DNA of 64,000 bases from Eledone cirrhosa (taxonomy: Eukaryota), in assembly GCA_964016885.1 (NCBI GenBank), contig OZ024743.1, forward strand, positions 219,728,001 to 219,792,000, given 5' to 3'. A program made the translations under genes and the position numbers. Position 1 is the first letter of the stretch; every line of letters begins with the position of its first letter. This document shows positions 1 to 15,000 of this stretch, piece after piece. Below the pieces are notes generated by a model. That model was not told the origin of the DNA, made no database searches, and saw only the letters and a program-made list of their open reading frames with translations.

Positions 1-3000
1 AATGTTGTTAGAACGGCGAATAGAATATTGTTAGAACGCCAGATCGAATGTTGTATGAACGCCGGATAGAATGTTGTTAGAACGCCGAATAGAATATTGT
101 TAGAACGCCAGATAGAATGTTGTATGAACGCCAGATAGAATGTTGTTAGGACGCCAGATAGAATGTTGCATGAACACCGGATAGAATGTTGTTAGAAAGC
201 CGAATAGAAAGGTTGTTAGAACGACAGATAGAATGTTGTATGAACACCTGATAGAATGTTGTTAAAACGCTGAATAGAATATTGTTAGAACGCCAGATAG
301 AATGTTGTGTGAACGCCAGATAGAAAGATGTTAAAACGCCAGATAGAATGTTGTTAGAACACCAGATAGAATGTCGTATGAACGCCAGATAGAATGTTGT
401 ATGAACGCCAGATAGAATTTTGTTAGAACACCAGATAGAATGTTGTATGAACGCCAGATAGAAAGATGTTAAAACGCCAGATAGAATGTTGTTAGAACAC
501 CAGATAGAATGTCGTATGAACGCCAGATAGAATGTTGTATGAACGCCAGATAGAATTTTGTTAGAACGCCAGATAGAATGTTGTATGAACGCCGGATAGA
601 ATGTTGTATGAACGCCAGATAGAATGTTGTATGAACGCCAGATAGAATGTTGTATGAACACCGGATAGAATGTTGTTAGAACGCCAGATGGAATGTTGTA
701 TGAACACCGGATAGAATGTTGTTAGAACGCCAGATAGAATGTTGTATGAACGCCAGATAGAATGCTGTATGAACGACAGATAGAATGTTGTATGAACGCC
801 AGATAGAATGTTGTATGAACGCCAGATAGAATGGTTTTAGAACGCCAAATATAATGTTGTTAGATCTCCAGATAGAATGTTGTTAGAACGCCAGATAGAA
901 CGTTGTTACAACGCCAGATAGAATGTTGTTAGAACTCCGGATAGAATGTTGTATGAACGCCAGATAGAACGTTGTTAGAACGCCGAATAGAAAGGTTGTT
1001 AGAACGCCAGATAGAATGTTGTATGAACGCCAGATAGAATGTTGTTACCACACCTGATAGAATGTTGTTAGAACCCCAGATAGAATGTTGTTAGAACGCC
1101 AGATAGAATGTTGTATGAACGCCAGATTAAATGTTGTATGAACGCCAGATGGAACGTTGTTAGAACGCCAGATAGAATGTTGTTAGAATGCCAGATAGAA
1201 TGTTGTATCACCGCCAGATAGAATGTTGTATGAACGCCAGATAGAACGTTGTTAGAAAGCCAGATAGAATGTTGTTACAACGTTAGATAGAATGTTGTTA
1301 GAACGCCAGATAGAATTTTGTTAGAACGCCAGATACAATGATGTATGAACGCCAGATAGAATGTTGTATGAACGCCAGATAGAACGTTGATAGAACGCCA
1401 GATAGAATGTTGTATGAACACCGGATAGAATGTTGTTAGAACGCCGAATAGAATGTTGTTAGAACACCAGAGAGAATGTTGTATGAACGCCAGATAGAGT
1501 GTTGTATGAACGCCAGATAGAATGTTGTATGAACGCCAGATAGAATATTGTTAGAAACGCCAGACAGAATGTTGTATGAACGCCAGATAGAATTTTGTAT
1601 TAACGCCAGATAGAATGTTGTATGAACGCCAGATAGAACGTTGTTAGACCGCCACATAGAATGTTGTACGAACGCCAGATAGAATGTTGTATGAACGCCA
1701 GATAGAACGTTGTTAGAACGCCACATAAAATGTTGTTAGAACGCCAGATAGAATGTTGTACGAACGCCAGATAGAATGTTGTATGAACGCCAGATATAAC
1801 GTTGTTAGAACGCCAGATAAAATGTTGTTAGAACACCAGATAGAATGTTGTTAGAACGCCTGATAGAACGTTGTTACAACGCTAATTAGAATGTTGTTAG
1901 AACTCCGGATAGAATATTGTATGAACGCCAGATAGAATGTTGTTAGAACTCAGGATAGAACGTTGTTACAACGCCAGATAGAATGTTGTTAGAAACCCAG
2001 ATAGAATGTTGTTAGAACGCCAGATAGAATGTTGTTAGAGGGCCAAATAGAATGTTGTTAGAACTCCATATAGAATGTTTTATGAACGCCAGATAGAATG
2101 ATGTTAAAATGCCAGATAGAATGTTGTTAGAACACCAGATAGAATGTTGTATGAACGCCAGATAGAATGTTGTATGAACGCCAGATAGAATGTTGTATGA
2201 ACGCCAGATAGAATTTTGTTAGAACTCAGGATAGAACATTGTTAGAACGCCAGATAGAATGTTGTATGAACGCAAGATAGAATGTTTTTAGAACGCCAGA
2301 CAGAATGCTGTTAGAACGCCAGATAGAATGTTGTTAGAACGCCGAATAGAATATTGTTAGAACGCCAGATAGAATGTTGTATGAACGCCAGATAGAATGA
2401 TGTATGAACGCCAGATAGAATGTTGCATGAACACCGGATAGAATGTTGTTAGAACACCGAATAGAAAGGTTGTTAGAACGACAGATAGAATGTTGTATGA
2501 ACACCTGATAGAATGTTGTTAAAACGCCGAATAGAATATTGTTAGAACGCCAGATAGAATGTTGTATGAACGCCAGATAGAACGATGTTAAAACGCCAGA
2601 TAGAATGTTGTTAGTACACCAGATAGAATGTTGTATGAACGCCAGATAGAGTGTTGTATGAACGCCAGATAGAGTGTCGTATGAACGCCAGATAGAATGT
2701 TGTATGAACGCCAGATAGAATTTTGTTAGAACGCCAGATAGAATGTTGTATGAACGCCAGATAGAATGTTGTATGAACGCCAGATAGAATGTTGTATGAA
2801 CACCGGATAGAATGTTGTTAGAACGCCAGATAGAATGTTGTATGAACACCGGATAGAATGTTGTTAGAACGCCGAATAGAATGTTGTTAGAACGACAGAT
2901 AGAATGTTGTCTGAACGCCAGATAGAATGTTGTTAGAACGCCAGATAGAATGTTGTATGAACGCCAGATAGAATGTTGTATGAACGACAGATAGAATGTT

Positions 3001-6000
3001 GTATGAACGCCAGATAGAATGTTGTATGAACGCCAGATAGAATGTTTTTAGAACGCCAAATAAAATGTTGTTAGAACTCCAGATAGAATGTTGTTAGAAC
3101 GCCAGATAGAACGTTGTTACAACGCCAGATAGAATGTTGTTAGAACTCCGGATAGAATGTTGTATGAACGTCAGATAGAACGTTGTTAGAACGCCGAATA
3201 GAAAGGTTGTTAGAACGCCAGATAGAATGTTGTATGAACGCCAGATAGAATGTTGTTACCACACCTGATAGAATGTTGTTAGAACCCCAGATAGAATGTT
3301 GTTAGAACGCCAGATAGAATGTTGTATGAACGCCAGATAGAATGCTGTATGAACGCCAGATAGAACGTTGTTAGAACGCCAGATAGAACGTTGTTAGAAA
3401 GCCAGATAGAATGTTGTTAAAACACCAGATAGAATGTTGCTAGAACGCCAGATAGAATGTTGTTAGAAAGCCGGATAGAATGTTGTTAGAAAGCCGGATA
3501 GAATGTTGTATGAAGGCCAGATAGAATATTGTTAGAACGCCAGATAGAATGTTGTTAGAACGCCAGATAGAATGTTGTATGAACGCCATATAGAATGTTG
3601 TATGAACGCCAGATAGAATGTTGTTAGAACGCCAGATAGAACGTTGTATGAACGCCAAATAGAATGTTGTTAGAACACCAGATAGAATGTTGTTAGAACG
3701 CCAGATAGAACGTTGTTAGAACGCCAGATAGAATGTTGTAAAAACGCCAGATAGAATTTTGTATGAACGCCAGATAGAATATTGTTAAAACGCCAGATAG
3801 AACGTTGTTAGAACGCCAGATACAATGTTGTATGAACGCCAGATAGAATGTTGTATGAACGCCAGATAGAATGTTGTATGAAGGCCAGATAGAATATTGT
3901 TAGAACGCCAGATAGAATGTTGTTAGAACGCCAGATAGAATGTTGTATGAACACCAGATAGAATGTCGTTAGAATGCCGGATAGAAGTTTGTTAGAACGC
4001 CAGATAGAATGTTGTATGAACGCCAGGTAGAATGTTGTATGAACGCCAGATAGAACGTTGTTAGAACGCCAGATAGAATGTTGTATGAACGCCAGATAGA
4101 ATGTTGTATGAACGCCAGATAGAACGTTGTTAGAAAGCCAGATAGAATGTTGTTAAAACGCCAGATAGAATGTTGCTAGAACGCCAGATAGAATGTTGTT
4201 AGAAAGCCGGATAGAATGTTGTTAGAAAGCCGGATAGAATGTTGTATGAAGGCCAGATAGAATATTGTTAGAACGCCAGATAGAATGTTGTTAGAACGCC
4301 AGATAGAATGTTGTATGAACGCCAGATAGAATGTTGTATGAACGCCAGATAGAATGTTGTTAGAACGCGAGATAGAACGTTGTATGAACGCCAGATAGAA
4401 TGTTGTCAGAACACCAGATAGAATGTTGTTAGAACGCCAGATAGAACGTTGTTAGAACACCACATAGAATGTTGTAAAAACGCCAGATAGAATTTTGTAT
4501 GAACGCCAGATAGAATATTGTTAGAACTCAGGATAGAACATTGTTAGAACGCCAGATAGAATGTTGTATGAACGCAAGATAGAATGTTTTTAGAACGCCA
4601 GACAGAATGCTGTTAGAACGCCAGATAGAATGTTGTTTGAACGCCGGATAGAATGTTGTTAGAACGCCGAATAGAATATTGTTAGAACGCCAGATAGAAT
4701 GTTGTATGAACGCCAGATAGAATGATGTATGAACGCCAGATAGAATGTTGTTAGGACGCCAGATAGAATGTTGCATGAACACCGGATAGAATGTTGTTAG
4801 AACACCGAATAGAAAGGTTGTTAGAACGACAGATAGAATGTTGTATGAACACCTGATAGAATGTTGTTAACACGCCGAATAGAATATTGTTAGAACGCCA
4901 GATAGAAGGTTGTATGAACGCCAGATAGAACGATGTTAAAACGCCAGATAGAATGTTGTTAGAACACCAGATAGAATGTTGTATGTACGCTAGATAGAGT
5001 GTTGTATGAACGCCAGATAGATTGTCGTATGAACGCCAGATAGAATGTTGTATGAACGCCAGATAGAATTTTGTTAGAACGCCAGATAGAATGTTGTACG
5101 AACGCCAGATAGAATGTTGTATGAACGCCAGATAGAATGTTGTATGAACACCGGATAGAATGTTGTTAGAACGCCAGATAGAATGTTGTATGAACACCGG
5201 ATAGAATGTTGTTAGAACGCCGAATAGAATGTTGTTAGAACGACAGATAGAATGTTCTATGAACGCCAGATAGAATGTTGTTAGAACGCCAGATAGAATG
5301 TTGTATGAACGCCAGATAGAATGTTGTATGAACACCGGATAGAATGTTGTTAGAACGCCAGATAGAATGTTGTATGAACGCCAGATAGAATGTTGTATGA
5401 ACACCGGATAGAATGTTGTTAGAACGCCAGATAGAATGTTGTATGAACACCGGATAGAATGTTGTTAGAACGCCGAATAGAATGTTGTTAGAACGACAGA
5501 TAGAATGTTGTATGAACGCCAGATAGAATGTTGTTAGAACGCCAGATAGAATGTTGTATGAACGCCAGATAGAATGTTGTATGAACGACAGATAGAATGT
5601 TGTATGAACGCCAGATAGAATGTTGTATGAACGCCAGATAGAATGTTTTTAGAACGCCAAATAAAATATTGTTAGAACTCCAGATAGAATGTTGTTAGAA
5701 CGCCAGATAGAACGTTGTTACAACGCCAGATAGAACGTTGTTAGAACTCCGGATAGAATGTTGTATGAACGCCAGATAGAACGTTGTTAGAACGCCGAAC
5801 AGAAAGGTTGTTTGAACGCCAGATAGAATGTTGTATGAACGCCAGATAGAATGTTGTTAACACACCTGATAGAATGTTGTTAGAACCCCAGATAGAATGT
5901 TGTTAGAACGCCAGGTAGAATGTTGTATGAACGCCAGATAGAATGTTGTTAGAACGCCAGATAGAATGTTGTTAGAACGCCAGATAGAATGTTGTATGAA

Positions 6001-9000
6001 CGCCAGATAGAATGTTGTATGAACGCCAGATAGAATGTTGTTAGAACGCGAGATAGAACGTTGTATGAACGCCAGATAGAATGTTGTTAGAACACCAGAT
6101 AGAATGTTGTTAGAACGCCAGATAGAACGTTGTTAGAACACCAGATAGAATGTTGTAAAAACGCCAGATAGAATTTTGTATGAACGCCAGATAGAATATT
6201 GTTAGAACTCAGGATAGAACATTGTTAGAACGCCAGATAGAATGTTGTATGAACGAAAGATAGAATGTTTTTAGAACGCCAGACAGAATGCTGTTAGAAC
6301 GCCAGATAGAATGTTGTTTGAACGCCGGATAGAATGTTGTTAGAACGCCGAATAGAATATTGTTAGAACGCCAGATAGAATGTTGTATGAACGCCAGATA
6401 GAATGATGTATGAACGCCAGATAGAATGTTGTTAGGACGCCAGATAGAATGTTGCATGAACACCGGATAGAATGTTGTTAGAACGCCGAATAGAAAGGTT
6501 GTTAGAACGACAGATAGAATGTTGTATGAACACCTGATAGAATGTTGTTAAAACGCCGAATAGAATATTGTTAGAACGCCAGATAGAATGTTGTATGAAC
6601 GCCAGATAGAACGATGTTAAAACGCCAGATAGAATGTTGTTAGAACACCAGATAGAATGTTGTATGAACGCCAGATAGAGTGTTGTATGAACGCCAGATA
6701 GAGTGTCGTATGAACGCCAGATAGAATGTTGTATGAACGCCAGATAGAATTTTGTTAGAACGCCAGATAGAATGTTGTATGAACGCCAGATAGAATGTTG
6801 TATGAACGCCAGATAGAATGTTGTATGAACACCGGATAGAATGTTGTTAGAACGCCAGATAGAATGTTGTATGAACACCGGATAGAATGTTGTTAGAACG
6901 CCGAATAGAATGTTGTTAGAACGACAGATAGAATGTTCTATGAACGCCAGATAGAATGTTGTTAGAACGCCAGATAGAATGTTGTATGAACGCCAGATAG
7001 AATGTTGTATGATCACCGGATAGAATGTTGTTAGAACGCCAGATAGAATGTTGTATGAACGCCAGATAGAATGTTGTATGAACGCCAGATAGAATGTTGT
7101 ATGATCACCGGATAGAATGTTGTTAGAACGCCAGATAGAATGTTGTATGAACACCGGATAGAATGTTGTTAGAACGCCGAATAGAATGTTGTTAGAACGA
7201 CAGATAGAATGTATGAACGCCAGATAGAATGTTGTTAGAACGCCAGATAGAATGTTGTATGAACGCCAGATAGAATATTGTATGAACGACAGATAGAATG
7301 TTTTTAGAACGCCAAATAAAATGTTGTTAGAACTCCAGATAGAATGTTGTTAGAACGCCAGATAGAACGTTGTTACAACGCCAGATAGAACGTTGTTAGA
7401 ACTCCGGATAGAATGTTGTATGAACGCCAGATAGAACGTTGTTAGAACGCCGAATAGAAAGGTTGTTTGAACGCCAGATAGATTGTTGTATGAACGCCAG
7501 ATAGAATGTTGTTACCACACCTGATAGAATGTTGTTAGAACCCCAGATAGAATGTTGTTAGAACGCCAGGTAGAATGTTGTATGAACGCCAGATAGAATG
7601 TTGTTAGAACGCCAGATAGGATGTTGTTAGAACGCCAGATAGAATGTTGTATGAACGCCAGATAGAATGTTGTATGAACGCCAGATAGAATGTTGTTAGA
7701 ACGCGAGATAGAACGTTGTATGAACGCCAGATAGAATGTTGTTAGAACACCAGATAGAATGTTGTTAGAACGCCAGATAGAACGTTGTTAGAACACCAGA
7801 TAGAATGTTGTAAAAACGCCAGATAGAATTTTGTATGAACGCCAGATAGAATATTGTTAGAACTCAGGATAGAACATTGTTAGAACGCCAGATAGAATGT
7901 TGTATGAACGCAAGATAGAATGTTTTTAGAACGCCAGACAGAATGCTGTTAGAACGCCAGATAGAATGTTGTTTGAACGCCGGATAGAATGTTGTTAGAA
8001 CGCCGAATAGAATATTGTTAGAACGCCAGATAGAATGTTGTATGAACGCCAGATAGAATGTTGTTAGGACGCCAGATAGAATGTTGCATGAACACCGGAT
8101 AGAATGTTGTTAGAACACCGAATAGAAAGGTTGTTAGAACGACAGATAGAATGTTGTATGAACACCTGATAGAATGTTGTTAAAACGCCGAATAGAAGTT
8201 TGTTAGAACGCCAGATAGAATGTTGTATGAACGCCAGGTAGAATGTTGTATGAACGCCAGATAGAACGTTGTTAGAACGCCAGATAGAATGTTGTATGAA
8301 CGCCAGATAGAATGTTGTATGAACGCCAGATAGAACGTTGTTAGAAAGCCAGATAGAATGTTGTTAAAACGCCAGATAGAATGTTGCTAGAACGCCAGAT
8401 AGAATGTTGTTAGAAAGCCGGATAGAATGTTGTTAGAAAGCCGGATAGAATGTTGTATGAAGGCCAGATAGAATATTGTTAGAACGCCAGATAGAATGTT
8501 GTTAGAACGCCAGATAGAATGTTGTATGAACGCCAGATAGAATGTTGTATGAACGCCAGATAGAATGTTGTTAGAACGCGAGATAGAACGTTGTATGAAC
8601 GCCAGATAGAATGTTGTCAGAACACCATATAGATTGTTGTTAGAACGCCAGATAGAACGTTGTTAGAACACCACATAGAATGTTGTAAAAACGCCAGATA
8701 GAATTTTGTATGAACGCCAGATAGAATATTGTTAGAACTCAGGATAGAACATTGTTAGAACGCCAGATAGAATGTTGTATGAACGCAAGATAGAATGTTT
8801 TTAGAACGCCAGACAGAATGCTGTTAGAACGCCAGATAGAATGTTGTTTGAACGCCGGATAGAATGTTGTTAGAACGCCGAATAGAATATTGTTAGAACG
8901 CCAGATAGAATGTTGTATGAACGCCAGATAGAATGATGTATGAACGCCAGATAGAATGTTGTTAGGACGCCAGATAGAATGTTGCATGAACACCGGATAG

Positions 9001-12000
9001 AATGTTGTTAGAACACCGAATAGAAAGGTTGTTAGAACGACAGATAGAATGTTGTATGAACACCTGATAGAATGTTGTTAACACGCCGAATAGAATATTG
9101 TTAGAACGCCAGATAGAAGGTTGTATGAACGCCAGATAGAACGATGTTAAAACGCCAGATAGAATGTTGTTAGAACACCAGATAGAATGTTGTATGAACG
9201 CTAGATAGAGTGTTGTATGAACGCCAGATAGATTGTCGTATGAACGCCAGATAGAATGTTGTATGAACGCCAGATAGAATTTTGTTAGAACGCCAGATAG
9301 AATGTTGTACGAACGCCAGATAGAATGTTGTATGAACGCCAGATAGAATGTTGTATGAACACCGGATAGAATGTTGTTAGAACGCCAGATAGAATGTTGT
9401 ATGAACACCGGATAGAATGTTGTTAGAACGCCGAATAGAATGTTGTTAGAACGACAGATAGAATGTTCTATGAACGCCAGATAGAATGTTGTTAGAACGC
9501 CAGATAGAATGTTGTATGAACGCCAGATAGAATGTTGTATGAACACCGGATAGAATGTTGTTAGAACGCCAGATAGAATGTTGTATGAACGCCAGATAGA
9601 ATGTTGTATGAACGCCAGATAGAATGTTGTATGAACACCGGATAGAATGTTGTTAGAACGCCAGATAGAATGTTGCATGAACACCGGATAGAATGTTGTT
9701 AGAACACCGAATAGAAAGGTTGTTAGAACGACAGATAGAATGTTGTATGAACACCTGATAGAATGTTGTTAACACGCCGAATAGAATATTGTTAGAACGC
9801 CAGATAGAAGGTTGTATGAACGCCAGATAGAACGATGTTAAAACGCCAGATAGAATGTTGTTAGAACACCAGATAGAATGTTGTATGTACGCTAGATAGA
9901 GTGTTGTATGAACGCCAGATAGATTGTCGTATGAACGCCAGATAGAATGTTGTATGAACGCCAGATAGAATTTTGTTAGAACGCCAGATAGAATGTTGTA
10001 CGAACGCCAGATAGAATGTTGTATGAACGCCAGATAGAATGTTGTATGAACACCGGATAGAATGTTGTTAGAACGCCAGATAGAATGTTGTATGAACACC
10101 GGATAGAATGTTGTTAGAACGCCGAATAGAATGTTGTTAGAACGACAGATAGAATGTTCTATGAACGCCAGATAGAATGTTGTTAGAACGCCAGATAGAA
10201 TGTTGTATGAACGCCAGATAGAATGTTGTATGAACACCGGATAGAATGTTGTTAGAACGCCAGATAGAATGTTGTATGAACGCCAGATAGAATGTTGTAT
10301 GAACACCGGATAGAATGTTGTTAGAACGCCAGATAGAATGTTGTATGAACACCGGATAGAATGTTGTTAGAACGCCGAATAGAATGTTGTTAGAACGACA
10401 GATAGAATGTTGTATGAACGCCAGATAGAATGTTGTTAGAACGCCAGATAGAATGTTGTATGAACGCCAGATAGAATGTTGTATGAACGACAGATAGAAT
10501 GTTGTATGAACGCCAGATAGAATGTTGTATGAACGCCAGATAGAATGTTTTTAGAACGCCAAATAAAATATTGTTAGAACTCCAGATAGAATGTTGTTAG
10601 AACGCCAGATAGAACGTTGTTACAACGCCAGATAGAACGTTGTTAGAACTCCGGATAGAATGTTGTATGAACGCCAGATAGAACGTTGTTAGAACGCCGA
10701 ACAGAAAGGTTGTTTGAACGCCAGATAGAATGTTGTATGAACGCCAGATAGAATGTTGTTAACACACCTGATAGAATGTTGTTAGAACCCCAGATAGAAT
10801 GTTGTTAGAACGCCAGGTAGAATGTTGTATGAACGCCAGATAGAATGTTGTTAGAACGCCAGATAGAATGTTGTTAGAACGCCAGATAGAATGTTGTATG
10901 AACGCCAGATAGAATGTTGTATGAACGCCAGATAGAATGTTGTTAGAACGCGAGATAGAACGTTGTATGAACGCCAGATAGAATGTTGTTAGAACACCAG
11001 ATAGAATGTTGTTAGAACGCCAGATAGAACGTTGTTAGAACACCAGATAGAATGTTGTAAAAACGCCAGATAGAATTTTGTATGAACGCCAGATAGAATA
11101 TTGTTAGAACTCAGGATAGAACATTGTTAGAACGCCAGATAGAATGTTGTATGAACGAAAGATAGAATGTTTTTAGAACGCCAGACAGAATGCTGTTAGA
11201 ACGCCAGATAGAATGTTGTTTGAACGCCGGATAGAATGTTGTTAGAACGCCGAATAGAATATTGTTAGAACGCCAGATAGAATGTTGTATGAACGCCAGA
11301 TAGAATGATGTATGAACGCCAGATAGAATGTTGTTAGGACGCCAGATAGAATGTTGCATGAACACCGGATAGAATGTTGTTAGAACGCCGAATAGAAAGG
11401 TTGTTAGAACGACAGATAGAATGTTGTATGAACACCTGATAGAATGTTGTTAAAACGCCGAATAGAATATTGTTAGAACGCCAGATAGAATGTTGTATGA
11501 ACGCCAGATAGAACGATGTTAAAACGCCAGATAGAATGTTGTTAGAACACCAGATAGAATGTTGTATGAACGCCAGATAGAGTGTTGTATGAACGCCAGA
11601 TAGAGTGTCGTATGAACGCCAGATAGAATGTTGTATGAACGCCAGATAGAATTTTGTTAGAACGCCAGATAGAATGTTGTATGAACGCCAGATAGAATGT
11701 TGTATGAACGCCAGATAGAATGTTGTATGAACACCGGATAGAATGTTGTTAGAACGCCAGATAGAATGTTGTATGAACACCGGATAGAATGTTGTTAGAA
11801 CGCCGAATAGAATGTTGTTAGAACGACAGATAGAATGTTCTATGAACGCCAGATAGAATGTTGTTAGAACGCCAGATAGAATGTTGTATGAACGCCAGAT
11901 AGAATGTTGTATGATCACCGGATAGAATGTTGTTAGAACGCCAGATAGAATGTTGTATGAACGCCAGATAGAATGTTGTATGAACGCCAGATAGAATGTT

Positions 12001-15000
12001 GTATGATCACCGGATAGAATGTTGTTAGAACGCCAGATAGAATGTTGTATGAACACCGGATAGAATGTTGTTAGAACGCCGAATAGAATGTTGTTAGAAC
12101 GACAGATAGAATGTATGAACGCCAGATAGAATGTTGTTAGAACGCCAGATAGAATGTTGTATGAACGCCAGATAGAATATTGTATGAACGACAGATAGAA
12201 TGTTTTTAGAACGCCAAATAAAATGTTGTTAGAACTCCAGATAGAATGTTGTTAGAACGCCAGATAGAACGTTGTTACAACGCCAGATAGAACGTTGTTA
12301 GAACTCCGGATAGAATGTTGTATGAACGCCAGATAGAACGTTGTTAGAACGCCGAATAGAAAGGTTGTTTGAACGCCAGATAGATTGTTGTATGAACGCC
12401 AGATAGAATGTTGTTACCACACCTGATAGAATGTTGTTAGAACCCCAGATAGAATGTTGTTAGAACGCCAGGTAGAATGTTGTATGAACGCCAGATAGAA
12501 TGTTGTTAGAACGCCAGATAGGATGTTGTTAGAACGCCAGATAGAATGTTGTATGAACGCCAGATAGAATGTTGTATGAACGCCAGATAGAATGTTGTTA
12601 GAACGCGAGATAGAACGTTGTATGAACGCCAGATAGAATGTTGTTAGAACACCAGATAGAATGTTGTTAGAACGCCAGATAGAACGTTGTTAGAACACCA
12701 GATAGAATGTTGTAAAAACGCCAGATAGAATTTTGTATGAACGCCAGATAGAATATTGTTAGAACTCAGGATAGAACATTGTTAGAACGCCAGATAGAAT
12801 GTTGTATGAACGCAAGATAGAATGTTTTTAGAACGCCAGACAGAATGCTGTTAGAACGCCAGATAGAATGTTGTTTGAACGCCGGATAGAATGTTGTTAG
12901 AACGCCGAATAGAATATTGTTAGAACGCCAGATAGAATGTTGTATGAACGCCAGATAGAATGTTGTTAGGACGCCAGATAGAATGTTGCATGAACACCGG
13001 ATAGAATGTTGTTAGAACACCGAATAGAAAGGTTGTTAGAACGACAGATAGAATGTTGTATGAACACCTGATAGAATGTTGTTAAAACGCCGAATAGAAG
13101 TTTGTTAGAACGCCAGATAGAATGTTGTATGAACGCCAGGTAGAATGTTGTATGAACGCCAGATAGAACGTTGTTAGAACGCCAGATAGAATGTTGTATG
13201 AACGCCAGATAGAATGTTGTATGAACGCCAGATAGAACGTTGTTAGAAAGCCAGATAGAATGTTGTTAAAACGCCAGATAGAATGTTGCTAGAACGCCAG
13301 ATAGAATGTTGTTAGAAAGCCGGATAGAATGTTGTTAGAAAGCCGGATAGAATGTTGTATGAAGGCCAGATAGAATATTGTTAGAACGCCAGATAGAATG
13401 TTGTTAGAACGCCAGATAGAATGTTGTATGAACGCCAGATAGAATGTTGTATGAACGCCAGATAGAATGTTGTTAGAACGCGAGATAGAACGTTGTATGA
13501 ACGCCAGATAGAATGTTGTCAGAACACCATATAGATTGTTGTTAGAACGCCAGATAGAACGTTGTTAGAACACCACATAGAATGTTGTAAAAACGCCAGA
13601 TAGAATTTTGTATGAACGCCAGATAGAATATTGTTAGAACTCAGGATAGAACATTGTTAGAACGCCAGATAGAATGTTGTATGAACGCAAGATAGAATGT
13701 TTTTAGAACGCCAGACAGAATGCTGTTAGAACGCCAGATAGAATGTTGTTTGAACGCCGGATAGAATGTTGTTAGAACGCCGAATAGAATATTGTTAGAA
13801 CGCCAGATAGAATGTTGTATGAACGCCAGATAGAATGATGTATGAACGCCAGATAGAATGTTGTTAGGACGCCAGATAGAATGTTGCATGAACACCGGAT
13901 AGAATGTTGTTAGAACACCGAATAGAAAGGTTGTTAGAACGACAGATAGAATGTTGTATGAACACCTGATAGAATGTTGTTAACACGCCGAATAGAATAT
14001 TGTTAGAACGCCAGATAGAAGGTTGTATGAACGCCAGATAGAACGATGTTAAAACGCCAGATAGAATGTTGTTAGAACACCAGATAGAATGTTGTATGAA
14101 CGCTAGATAGAGTGTTGTATGAACGCCAGATAGATTGTCGTATGAACGCCAGATAGAATGTTGTATGAACGCCAGATAGAATTTTGTTAGAACGCCAGAT
14201 AGAATGTTGTACGAACGCCAGATAGAATGTTGTATGAACGCCAGATAGAATGTTGTATGAACACCGGATAGAATGTTGTTAGAACGCCAGATAGAATGTT
14301 GTATGAACACCGGATAGAATGTTGTTAGAACGCCGAATAGAATGTTGTTAGAACGACAGATAGAATGTTCTATGAACGCCAGATAGAATGTTGTTAGAAC
14401 GCCAGATAGAATGTTGTATGAACGCCAGATAGAATGTTGTATGAACACCGGATAGAATGTTGTTAGAACGCCAGATAGAATGTTGTATGAACGCCAGATA
14501 GAATGTTGTATGAACGCCAGATAGAATGTTGTATGAACACCGGATAGAATGTTGTTAGAACGCCAGATAGAATGTTGTATGAACACCGGATAGAATGTTG
14601 TTAGAACGCCGAATAGAATGTTGTTAGAACGACAGATAGAATGTTGTATGAACGCCAGATAGAATGTTGTTAGAACGCCAGATAGAATGTTGTATGAACG
14701 CCAGATAGAATGTTGTATGAACGACAGATAGAATGTTGTATGAACGCCAGATAGAATGTTGTATGAACGCCAGATAGAATGTTTTTAGAACGCCAAATAA
14801 AATATTGTTAGAACTCCAGATAGAATGTTGTTAGAACGCCAGATAGAACGTTGTTACAACGCCAGATAAACGTTGTTAGAACTCCGGATAGAATGTTGTA
14901 TGAACGCCAGATAGAACGTTGTTAGAACGCCGAATAGAAAGGTTGTTTGAACGCCAGATAGATTGTTGTATGAACGCCAGATAGAATGTTGTTACCACAC

